Position numbers and translations under genes: made by a program. Positions 23,922 to 30,509 of a stretch of DNA of 32,000 nt are shown piece by piece; the first letter of the stretch is position 1, and each line of letters opens with the position of its first letter. The notes beneath the pieces are model-generated. The model made no database searches and had not been told where the DNA came from. It worked only from the letters and a program-made list of their open reading frames with translations. Source of the stretch: Candidatus Methylomirabilis oxygeniifera (GTDB taxonomy: Bacteria; Methylomirabilota; Methylomirabilia; Methylomirabilales; Methylomirabilaceae); NCBI GenBank assembly GCA_000091165.1, contig FP565575.1, forward strand, positions 1,890,001-1,922,000, read 5' to 3'.

Positions 23922-24671
23922 ATGCACATCCCTACCACCTCAATAACTTTCGACTGCCCAAACCGTAGGACGCCTCATTGGCGCCGGCCCGCGCTCGTCG
24001 GTTTCGCAGTGATACTGCTGGGGCTTGTATCGATAACGTCCGAAGCCAACCCCGTTTCTCACCCAGTCAGCATTCCGCTGCCTATCAACGGGACGATAGA
24101 TGAGAAGGGAATTCCGGTCGGCTGGGATCTGGAGGTCTTCGAGGACCATCCCCAGATTAAGCTCGAATCACTCAAGGATGGTCAATTCGGTATCCGTCTC
24201 GTGAGTACAGAAAGCTCCTTTGGGCTGCACAAAACGGTAGAGGTCGACCTGAAAGAGTTTCCGATACTGAGCTGGCGGTGGAAGGTGGATCGCCTTCCCG
24301 TTGCAGGTGATGCCCGCGACAAGAGTAAAAACGACCAGGCCGCTCAGCTTTATGTCATCTTTCCCCACCCGCTGATCAAAATGCGAAGCCCTACGCTCGG
24401 CTACCTCTGGGACAGTAATGCCCCGACAGGAACCATTACGGATGGGTATTCCCCCGTCACCCCGATCAAGGTGATTGTCCTGCGGAGTGGAAAGCAGCAG
24501 TTGGGCAAATGGGTCCAGGAGCGTCGCAATGTTGCCGAAGATTACGTACGGCTTTTCGGCCAGAACTCGCTTCCTAAAGTGGGGCGTGTCGCCATCTGGA
24601 TCAACACCCAGCACACCAAATCAACCGCCCAGGCGTCCTTCACCGATCTTCAGTTCCAACGAGCCAATTAG
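23922..24671 (+). CDS. DUF3047 domain protein (secreted or membrane-anchored)
   Basis: ILSWRWKVDRLPVAGDARDKSKNDQAAQLYVIF ... LGYLWDSN ... VAIWINTQHTKSTAQASFTDLQF fits DUF3047. The start is ambiguous: ATG 23922, TTG 23913 (GAGGAGG 5 nt upstream), or the track's 23853. Confidence 0.7.
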   Translation: MHIPTTSITFDCPNRRTPHWRRPALVGFAVILLGLVSITSEANPVSHPVSIPLPINGTIDEKGIPVGWDLEVFEDHPQIKLESLKDGQFGIRLVSTESSFGLHKTVEVDLKEFPILSWRWKVDRLPVAGDARDKSKNDQAAQLYVIFPHPLIKMRSPTLGYLWDSNAPTGTITDGYSPVTPIKVIVLRSGKQQLGKWVQERRNVAEDYVRLFGQNSLPKVGRVAIWINTQHTKSTAQASFTDLQFQRAN

Positions 24672-24949
24672 GCAACGACCTGCGCCATACCCCTACGCAC
24701 GTTACCATCTCGACCACTGGAGCTTTCGCTTCCGGTAGGGTCCTCGGCGGACTAAGCGAAGCTGCGAGCGGCCCAATACGCTGCTGCCGCCTAATCGGTG
24801 CGTGAATCCGGTGCCAGGCGCTTGTCACCAACGGTGGCACGTGGTATGCCTCAGTCGCAATCATACGCCGAAGTCAACTGCTGGTTAATGCTCGTAAGCT
24901 GGCTCCCTTAGCGGGTCCGCACTATTGGCGGAGAGGGACGAAGGAACCT

Positions 24950-25159
24950 ATGAAGTTTCTCGTAGTCTTAGAAGTTGGGGAGGATGGCTACATCGTGGCG
25001 GAGTGCCCCGCCTTGCCGGGTTGCGTCTCTCAGGGGCGAACCGAGGAGGAAGCTCTGGCGAACATCCGGGAGGCGATCCAGGGAATTGTGGCAGTTCGAC
25101 AGAAACACGGCCTTCCGATCCCCGAGGAGCGCGTGGTCGAGATCGCGGTCCCGGCCTAG
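24950..25159 (+). CDS. hicB: HicB family antitoxin (UPF0150 fold only, no DNA-binding tail)
   Basis: 69 aa. YIVAECPALPGCVSQGRTEEEALANIREAI is the HicB N-terminal domain pattern. GAAGGAA ribosome-binding site. Confidence 0.85.
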   Translation: MKFLVVLEVGEDGYIVAECPALPGCVSQGRTEEEALANIREAIQGIVAVRQKHGLPIPEERVVEIAVPA

Positions 25160-25335
25160 TGGCGAAGCTCCCGGTCATTTCAGGTCGGGAAGCAGGGAAG
25201 GCGTTCGCCAAGCTCAACTTTGTGTACGATCACCACCGAGGCTCTCACATGATCTACTATCACCCATCTGGCCGTCACCTCTCCATCCCGGACCACAACG
25301 AACTAGACAGAGGAACCCTCCGCAAGCTCATTTGA
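25159..25335 (+). CDS. hicA: HicA toxin, truncated by a premature opal codon (probable pseudogene or attenuated toxin)
   Basis: The GTG start overlaps the hicB stop (TAGTG). VAKLPVISGREAGKAFAKLNFVYDHHRGSHMIYYHPSGRHLSIPDHNELDRGTLRKLI is followed by TGA at 25333-25335. The same frame continues YAGITVEEFLALLQDS-TAA, which is the normal HicA C-terminal helix. Confidence 0.7.
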   Translation: MAKLPVISGREAGKAFAKLNFVYDHHRGSHMIYYHPSGRHLSIPDHNELDRGTLRKLI

Positions 25336-25386
25336 TACGCTGGGATCACGGTGGAAGAATTCCTCGCGCTTCTTCAAGATTCCTAA

Positions 25387-25488
25387 TCCCCTACCTTCTC
25401 TCGGATCGAGCATAACGCGAGCGATGCCACCATCGAAACGCTGCTCAAGGTGGCACGAGTCCTCGAGCCTCTCTCGACTTCGAGGTGA
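25387..25488 (+). pseudogene. possible remnant of an XRE-family HTH protein C-terminus
   Basis: FSRIEHNASDATIETLLKVARVLE resembles the recognition-helix end of HTH_3 domains. There is no start codon and no N-terminal helices. Confidence 0.3.
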
Positions 25489-25551
25489 AAGCGGACAGTA
25501 GGCTATAAACCAGACAGTTACGGCCTCTACCTCGACTGAATCCAGATCATA

Positions 25552-25764
25552 CCACCGCTGCTCTCAGAGGGTCTCCCATTCCTCGGGACTCAAGTGGGCT
25601 TGGCGCAGGATGGATCGTAGGGTGGGAACGGCAATGTCGCGGGAGTGGATCGGCACGGTGACCTTTCGGTTATCCGGGTGGACATAACGGGCATGGCTCC
25701 CGGTCTGCCTGCGCAGTTGAAAGCCTGCTGCTTCTAGTTTGCGGATAACTTCCCTTGGCCGAAG
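25552..25764. repeat. 213-bp duplicated segment, copy 1 (hicA body plus 12 nt of 3' flank)
   Basis: Identical to 27880-28092 except for 3 T/C transitions, by hand alignment. Confidence 0.9.
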
Positions 25765-25779
25765 CGGGCTAAGCGGCAT
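25564..25779 (-). CDS. hicA: HicA family toxin
   Basis: 71 aa. REVIRKLEAAGFQLRRQTGSHARYVHPDNRKVTVPIHSRDIAVPTLRSILRQAHLSPEEW. It overlaps the upstream hicB by 11 nt. Confidence 0.85.
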   Translation of the reverse strand: MPLSPLRPREVIRKLEAAGFQLRRQTGSHARYVHPDNRKVTVPIHSRDIAVPTLRSILRQAHLSPEEWETL

Positions 25780-26026
25780 GGGCGGGAAGCTTCACATGAA
25801 CGTAGAACCCCTCTTCCCCTTCTTCGCCTGGCGGGACAGGCTCACCCTCTTCCTGAAGGCACTCCACGTGAAAGGCGACCATTGTCTTGATATTCGTCAG
25901 GGCCTCTTGCACGTCCGCTCCCTGGTCGGCAATGCCAAGGGCTGGCACCTCCGCCACCACACTGCCCGTCTCCGGATCCTTTGTCACCAGGACGCGATAT
26001 TGCAGGATTGCTGCTACACTCATCAT
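25769..26026 (-). CDS. hicB: HicB family antitoxin
   Basis: The start is trimmed to ATG 26026 (MMSVAAILQYRVLVTKDPETGSVVAEVPALGIADQGADVQEALTNIKTMVAFHVECLQEEGEPVP). The track's longer ORF runs into the integrase remnant. Confidence 0.8.
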   Translation of the reverse strand: MMSVAAILQYRVLVTKDPETGSVVAEVPALGIADQGADVQEALTNIKTMVAFHVECLQEEGEPVPPGEEGEEGFYVHVKLPAHAA

Positions 26027-26100
26027 CCCCCCCCTCTCACTCCTCACCGATTCAAGTAAAGAGTCTACCAGCGTCGCTTCCGGGTGGCAACCACCTTCCG

Positions 26101-26295
26101 TCAACCGCTCCACCGCGCCCGCAGGTGGGTCGCCTTCTTGATGGCCAGCTTGCGCTTCTGGTGGAAGTCTCGAGCGACTGACTTCGCCGTCCCGATCCGT
26201 TCCCGGTGCCGATGCCCGTAGGAACACACCTACCGCACCCACCAGAGCCCGTCACGTTGAAACAGCCCTCGATCTACACCGCCTTTGCGTGCCAT
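26101..26295 (-). pseudogene. N-terminal remnant of a tyrosine recombinase/phage-type integrase with an in-frame TAG
   Basis: ATG 26295: MARKGGVDRGLFQRDGLWWVR-TAG(26230-26232)-VCSYGHRHRERIGTAKSVARDFHQKRKLAIKK.... The G.WW.RY...G.R.RE..G..K..A....KRK..I pattern is typical of integrase arm/N-terminal domains. The catalytic domain is absent. Confidence 0.55.
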
Positions 26296-26301
26296 CTTTG
26301 C

Positions 26302-26712
26302 TCACCTGCGGGGGCGGGGATCGGTCGCGGCTGGGTAGCAATCAAAAGAAACAGTCATCGCGAATCCATCGTCTCCACTGACAGAATAGAGAGAACTCCC
26401 CTCCCTGTATTCGACCACCATCGGGGGAGGGTTTTTACCTGGATGTTTCCTCGTGAGATCTTCCTCGTCTTCTCTCGCAAATTCCACGGCAATCCGGGCG
26501 AAGCCCTTAGCCAATTTCTTGCATTCGGCTAAATTGGTTGTCGAGCTTTGGATTTCCCATGAGTCCGCCTCGTATGGACGATCATGAAGATACAACTCCG
26601 TCTTTTTCCACACGACCCATCCATTCCCTTCTTCTTTCGCCCACAACCTTCCTCCAAAGAAGCCGACAGCAACGGCAAGCGCAATACCCCAGACGAGAGC
26701 GAGTCGCTTCAT
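26302..26712 (-). CDS. hypothetical secreted protein
   Basis: 136 aa with a signal-like N-terminus MKRLALVWGIALAVAVGFFGGRLWA. No family was recognised. Confidence 0.5.
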   Translation of the reverse strand: MKRLALVWGIALAVAVGFFGGRLWAKEEGNGWVVWKKTELYLHDRPYEADSWEIQSSTTNLAECKKLAKGFARIAVEFAREDEEDLTRKHPGKNPPPMVVEYREGSSLYSVSGDDGFAMTVSFDCYPAATDPRPRR

Positions 26713-26767
26713 CGTATTAGCCCCCCACGCTGCATACTCGTGTTTCTCTCTGGCTAACCCAGGTTTC

Positions 26768-27025
26768 TTAGCGGGCTAAGTGTTCTTTCACCTGTATCCG
26801 CAATAGGGTGGTATAGCTTAAGCCCTTCGCCTCTGCCATCGCCTCGATCTTGGTAATGTCCCCGGGATCAAGGCGAATGTTGATCGCCCGCTTCGGTCGC
26901 CTGACAAACCGGATGCCAGCTTCGGCCGTCTCCTGGGCATGCTCCGCGAAGCTGTGAGTGTCCCAGTACGCCGCCGCCTCTCGATCTGTCGGGAGTGATG
27001 GAATTCGTTTCACCTGTTTCTTCAT
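26768..27025 (-). CDS. BrnA/CopG-type antitoxin family protein
   Basis: 85 aa. EAAAYWDTHSFAEH ... KRAINIRLDPGDITKIEAMAEAKGLSYTTLLRIQVKEHL matches the CopG-antitoxin/BrnA pattern. It starts 15 nt after the relE stop codon. Confidence 0.7.
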   Translation of the reverse strand: MKKQVKRIPSLPTDREAAAYWDTHSFAEHAQETAEAGIRFVRRPKRAINIRLDPGDITKIEAMAEAKGLSYTTLLRIQVKEHLAR

Positions 27026-27040
27026 TTGCCACGCCTCGCG

Positions 27041-27295
27041 CTATAATCCTCGGTAGACCTCCCGCCGGTGTTTGATTCTCAGGACCTCCACCGTACGCGC
27101 CTTGTCGTCGATATCGTGAAGCACCCTGATATCCCCAACCCGTATCCGCCATGCCCCCGTGCTGAGCTTAACGCAGCCCTTAGGCCGAAGGGTCCCGGTC
27201 AGGGATGCGAGAGCCTCGCGCACCCTCACCCAGGTATCACCTATGAGCCTGTCCAGGTCTTTCTGCGCTCTAGGACCGAGTAGCAGCCGGTACAC
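27041..27295 (-). CDS. RelE/ParE family toxin
   Basis: 84 aa (GTG start). AQKDLDRL ... RVREALASL ... RPKGCVKLSTGAWRIRVGDIRVLHDIDDKARTVEVLRIKHRREVY is the ParE_toxin pattern. Confidence 0.8.
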   Translation of the reverse strand: MYRLLLGPRAQKDLDRLIGDTWVRVREALASLTGTLRPKGCVKLSTGAWRIRVGDIRVLHDIDDKARTVEVLRIKHRREVYRGL

Positions 27296-27548
27296 GCTTT
27301 TTCCGCTTGGTTAGGTAGGCGTCCAGGCTGATCCGCTCTCCAGGGGCCTGACGCGCCTCGACGGCGTCCATCGCGTCCTGTAAGTCTTCCAACTCCTCCA
27401 GCAGGCGGTTGTAGGCGTCAAGGCTCAGCAGGACCGCTGCCCCTTTGCCGTGCTGAGTGAGAATGGCCGGGCCTTTCTCCAGTGCCGCCAAGACCTCCGC
27501 TTGGCGTTTCCTCAATTCAGAGATGGGAATCACCTCGTTGATCCGCAT
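27270..27548 (-). CDS. Phd/YefM family antitoxin
   Basis: The start is trimmed to ATG 27548 (AAGGAG upstream). MRINEVIPISELRKRQAEVLAALEKGPAILTQHGKGAAVLLSLDAYNRLLEELEDLQD. It overlaps the relE start. Confidence 0.8.
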   Translation of the reverse strand: MRINEVIPISELRKRQAEVLAALEKGPAILTQHGKGAAVLLSLDAYNRLLEELEDLQDAMDAVEARQAPGERISLDAYLTKRKKRVPAATRS

Positions 27549-27563
27549 ACACAGCTCTCCTTG

Positions 27564-27624
27564 TGGAAGCAATACATGGTCTTCAAATGCTACCAAATAT
27601 ACAGCGAGGGTATTTGAGCGTCAA
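27564..27624 (-). promoter_or_regulatory. promoter and operator-like inverted repeat of the phd-relE operon
   Basis: On the minus strand: TTGACG (27619-27624), a 17-nt spacer, and TATATT (27596-27601). The inverted repeat TGGAAGCA (27564-27571) / TGCTACCA (27588-27595), 7 of 8 complementary, lies between the -10 and the ribosome-binding site. Confidence 0.5.
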
Positions 27625-27735
27625 GCGATGTCACAAAGACAATTCAAAGGGAAGCTAAGTAAAACTCATGGCAGGGGAGGGGAAGCAATCGCCAAAGCTA
27701 ACCCCAAAGCCCACAGTTTTACGGAGATGTGAGAC

Positions 27736-27770
27736 TAGTGGCCGAGACGTGCGGGGTCGAATCCACCTAC
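27736..27770 (-). other. degenerate partial copy of the tRNA-Sec 3' end (att-like direct repeat)
   Basis: tagtggccgagacgtgcggggtcgaatccacctac aligns with 29253-29288 (tggtggcggaggcgtgtgggggtcgaacccaccaac). There are 29 matches, 6 mismatches and 1 gap, in the same orientation as the tRNA. Confidence 0.5.
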
Positions 27771-27879
27771 GTCATTTCCTCAAGTAATTCCACTCGGTTC
27801 AGAGCCAGTGGATTCCCGGTCACGGTCTGGGTCACGGTTTCACGCCCGGCTTCCACCGTTCGCCCGTCACTCACGTGTT

Positions 27880-28092
27880 CCACCGCTGCTCTCAGAGGGT
27901 CTCCCATTCCTCGGGACTCAAGTGGGCTTGGCGCAGGATGGATCGTAGGGTGGGAACGGCAATGTCGCGGGAGTGGATCGGCACGGTGACCTTTCGGTTA
28001 TCCGGGTGGACATAACGGGCATGGCTCCCGGTCTGCCTGCGCAGTCGAAAGCCTGCTGCTTCTAGTCTGCGGATAACCTCCCTTGGCCGAAG
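27880..28092. repeat. 213-bp duplicated segment, copy 2
   Basis: See 25552-25764. The three differences are at 28046 (C versus T), 28067 (C versus T) and 28078 (C versus T). Confidence 0.9.
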
Positions 28093-28257
28093 GTTGAGCA
28101 CCACCTTCCGGCCAATTCTTCGCGCTGGCAACCCGACCCGTGCCCGCAACCGCCGATTTTCCAGGCTCCTGGGGCTTGCCTTAACCTCCTCCCGTTGAAC
28201 CGTTTCGTCCACCGAAATGATTTTTGTCACGAGACCCCCCTTTCTTGTCCGTACCAT
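27892..28257 (-). CDS. HicA-domain protein with a novel ~55-aa N-terminal extension (no adjacent hicB)
   Basis: 121 aa. The C-terminal 66 aa are the duplicated HicA (2 substitutions, K->R and Q->R). The N-terminus MVRTRKGGLVTKIISVDETVQREEVKASPRSLENRRLRARVGLPARRIGRKVVLN was not recognised. An alternative GTG start (VTKIIS...) follows AAAGGGGGG. Confidence 0.55.
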   Translation of the reverse strand: MVRTRKGGLVTKIISVDETVQREEVKASPRSLENRRLRARVGLPARRIGRKVVLNLRPREVIRRLEAAGFRLRRQTGSHARYVHPDNRKVTVPIHSRDIAVPTLRSILRQAHLSPEEWETL

Positions 28258-28320
28258 CTTTCATCCCTGTTACCGCTCATAGTAGAGTACACACTTTACC
28301 TATTCAAGCAAATTACATTA

Positions 28321-28329
28321 TGGTAGAAT
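28321..28329 (+). promoter_or_regulatory. possible extended -10 promoter element for 28373-29035
   Basis: TGGTAGAAT (TGnTAGAAT) lies in the AT-richer divergent intergenic region. No good -35 was found. Confidence 0.3.
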
Positions 28330-28372
28330 AGTGTTATTTCCGGGAACGTCCACATAGCGAAAGGAGGTAAAT

Positions 28373-29035
28373 ATGGTGACCAGGGCGAAGCGCGTTTCAG
28401 GGATTTCGACGAAAGACGCCATCATGCTAGAGAAGTACCAGCGAGTCCTCCAGACGACACTGCAATGGTCAGTGATGGCGCCGCGAGAGGATCGCTTGCG
28501 ATGGATACTGGAATTCGCGGCAGAGGATATTGACGCCCTCACGCCCGACGAACGGTTCGAGCGAGCAGTACGATTGAGGTGTTTCATGTGGCCGGATTCT
28601 TCATTGTGGTGCTCGAACCCTTCATCCCCGCCTAGAACTCTCCTGATGCCCGATGCCGTACTGCACCAGGTGCACGCGGAGATTAATCAAGGGCTCCGGG
28701 TGGTTCTTGGTGAACAGCGTAACGAAGAGTGGTATGTCCCTGGCCCGGTGCGGATAGCGTTCTATCGGGCCTCGCCACGCTTCAAGAAAGGACCGAAGGC
28801 AGAAACAGCGCCTGGACGTACTCGATTTGCGTTTCGGTGGGACTGGGGAGACGATGCGGGCGCAATTCTCGCCGGGATCATTCACCTCATCCACGATGCG
28901 GGATCGCGCTTGCGAGGTTGCAAGGAGTGTGGGAAGGCGTTCATCGCTGTGAAGCGGCAACTCTATTGCGGGGAGGACTGCTCCCAGCGCAAGCGGGATC
29001 GTGATAAACGGTATCGATCACAAGCTAGGGAGTAG
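28373..29035 (+). CDS. hypothetical protein with a C-terminal CGNR-like zinc finger (distant ABATE/CGNR-type architecture)
   Basis: 220 aa with a strong ribosome-binding site (AAAGGAGG, 5 nt before the ATG). The C-terminus LRGCKECGKAFIAVKRQLYCGEDCSQRKRDRDKRYR shows the C-x2-C ... C-x3-C plus basic-tail pattern reminiscent of CGNR zinc fingers. The N-terminal ~180 aa were not recognised. Confidence 0.6.
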   Translation: MVTRAKRVSGISTKDAIMLEKYQRVLQTTLQWSVMAPREDRLRWILEFAAEDIDALTPDERFERAVRLRCFMWPDSSLWCSNPSSPPRTLLMPDAVLHQVHAEINQGLRVVLGEQRNEEWYVPGPVRIAFYRASPRFKKGPKAETAPGRTRFAFRWDWGDDAGAILAGIIHLIHDAGSRLRGCKECGKAFIAVKRQLYCGEDCSQRKRDRDKRYRSQARE

Positions 29036-29255
29036 GCGTTCTGAAGGACTCAGCGTCTCGGCTTCCGAAAGTTCTGAAGCCTGTACGTACCGTGGGGGCG
29101 GCACTCCCCATCGTTCCATGACGGGAAGCCCTTAAGCCCCCACCCCCTGTCATTCATCGTTTCGGTCGATCAAGCTGACCGTGATTTCAGTCACGGTTCG
29201 TGGTCGAAAATGGTCGTTTTCCATCGTACTCTAGCATGGATAGTTAGCAGGATGG

Positions 29256-29350
29256 TGGCGGAGGCGTGTGGGGGTCGAACCCACCAACCCGGTATTAGCG
29301 GGTGCGCTGGTTTTGAAGACCAGGAGGGCCACCGGGCCCATTCCGCCTCC
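29256..29350 (-). tRNA. selC: tRNA-Sec (anticodon TCA), selC
   Basis: The 95-nt reverse complement is GGAGGCGGAATGGGCCCGGTGGCCCTCCTGGTCTTCAAAACCAGCGCACCCGCTAATACCGGGTTGGTGGGTTCGACCCCCACACGCCTCCGCCA. It has a long acceptor stem, a 5-6 bp D-stem with the 4-nt loop CGGT, the anticodon loop CTTCAAA, a long variable arm (ACCCG..CGGGT), the T-arm GTGGG-TTCGACC-CCCAC and discriminator G. The length and layout match E. coli selC as I recall it. Confidence 0.9.
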
Positions 29351-29453
29351 AGCATAATCTGGTAAGAACCTGACAGCGCTTCGCAGGTCCGGTCAGAGCT
29401 TCAGGTAAGGTAGGATGTTAGCAGCTTGTTACCGCTGGCCGGCGCAGGATATC

Positions 29454-29798
29454 CTATGCCGGATGCCAACTGAGGGACCGCCCACCCAACAGGTGAACGT
29501 GCAGGTGATAGACTGCCTGCCCACCCTCACTGTTACAATTGATTACCAGTCGAAAACCCCGATCCGCAATCCCGATCTGCCTTGTGATCCGGTTCGCCAC
29601 CAACAGGAGGTGGCCCAGCAGCCGATCATCAGCCTGGTTCGCATCGAGGATGGTCGCGAGGTGTTGACGGGGAACAATCAAGATGTGGATAGGGGCCTTC
29701 GGGTGAATGTCTTCGAAAGCTACCGACTGCTCGTCCTCATACACAATCTTCCCCGGACGTTCACCATTGGCTATCTGACAAAAGAGACAGGTATCCAC
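29454..29798 (-). CDS. HIT family (histidine triad nucleotide-binding) protein
   Basis: 114 aa. CLFCQI..GE ... HILIVPR.H ... GGQAVYHLHVHLLGG. Confidence 0.9.
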   Translation of the reverse strand: MDTCLFCQIANGERPGKIVYEDEQSVAFEDIHPKAPIHILIVPRQHLATILDANQADDRLLGHLLLVANRITRQIGIADRGFRLVINCNSEGGQAVYHLHVHLLGGRSLSWHPA

Positions 29799-29807
29799 AC
29801 CCTCGTC

Positions 29808-30503
29808 CTATCGATATTCCGCCTTGCTCTTTTTCCCGTAGCGCTTGCGCAGTTCCCGAGCTACCTCTGACGGCGCGATCCCGTGATACCCCAGCAGGAC
29901 CAGCGCGTGAAACCAGAGATCGGCGGCTTCGTAGACAATCTCCCCCGAGTCCCCATTCTTGGAGGCCACCACCAACTCGGTCGCCTCTTCGCCGACCTTC
30001 TTGAGGATCTGATCTTGACCTTTGGCGAACAACCCTGAGACATACGAATCCGGCTGTGGCCTCGCCTGTCGATCCTTGATAACCTCGAAGATCTGTTGGA
30101 GAATCGCAAGGCTCCCGCCGTAGACCGCCTCCGGATCGAACTGCTGTCGCGCTAACTCCTCCGGCACCTCTGAGTCCGGATGCAGGCGACGGAAAAAACA
30201 GGACCGTCGACCGGTATGGCAAGCCGCCACTACCTGCTCGGCCTTGACCAGCAGGGTATCCTCATCGCAGTCGACATAGATCTCGCGCACGCGCTGAATG
30301 TGGCCGGACTCCTCCCCCTTTTGCCAGATGCGCTGCCTCGATCGGCTATAAAAATGGGTAAGACCGGTCTCGACGGTCAGTCGCAGCGACTCTTCATTCA
30401 TGTAGGCAAGGGTCAGGACCTGGCCGCTCTCAGCATCCTGTACAATGGCCGGGATCAGCCCCGATGCATCGAACCGAATTTGCGCACGATCGAATCGCTC
30501 CAT
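29808..30503 (-). CDS. hisI: bifunctional phosphoribosyl-AMP cyclohydrolase / phosphoribosyl-ATP pyrophosphatase HisIE
   Basis: 231 aa. The HisI part is GLIPAIVQD...[10 protein letters not shown]...[18 protein letters not shown]....I..DCD.D.LL..V....ACHTG..SCF. The HisE part is SY...L...G...I.KK.GEEA.E......N.......E.ADL.FH..VLL. Confidence 0.9.
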   Translation of the reverse strand: MERFDRAQIRFDASGLIPAIVQDAESGQVLTLAYMNEESLRLTVETGLTHFYSRSRQRIWQKGEESGHIQRVREIYVDCDEDTLLVKAEQVVAACHTGRRSCFFRRLHPDSEVPEELARQQFDPEAVYGGSLAILQQIFEVIKDRQARPQPDSYVSGLFAKGQDQILKKVGEEATELVVASKNGDSGEIVYEAADLWFHALVLLGYHGIAPSEVARELRKRYGKKSKAEYR

Positions 30504-30509
30504 AGCCCT

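Noticed and set aside
24925-25158. Upstream part of ORF 24925-25335 (136 aa)
   Set aside because: Only the last 58 codons are HicA-like. The upstream part overlaps hicB in another frame and is Gly/Arg-rich noise. The GTG at 25159, which overlaps the hicB stop, is the plausible start.
25333-25335. Selenocysteine decoding of the in-frame TGA in hicA (tRNA-Sec is encoded 4 kb away)
   Set aside because: The codon aligns with a basic residue (Arg) in the neighbouring intact HicA, only a weak 4-bp stem follows it, and HicA is not a redox enzyme. A CGA to TGA nonsense mutation is the simpler explanation.
26027-26242. N-terminal extension of the hicB ORF 25769-26242, and ORF 26052-26255
   Set aside because: These are alternative frames of the integrase remnant region. 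HicB similarity starts at MMSVAA (ATG 26026), where a purine-rich ribosome-binding site is present.
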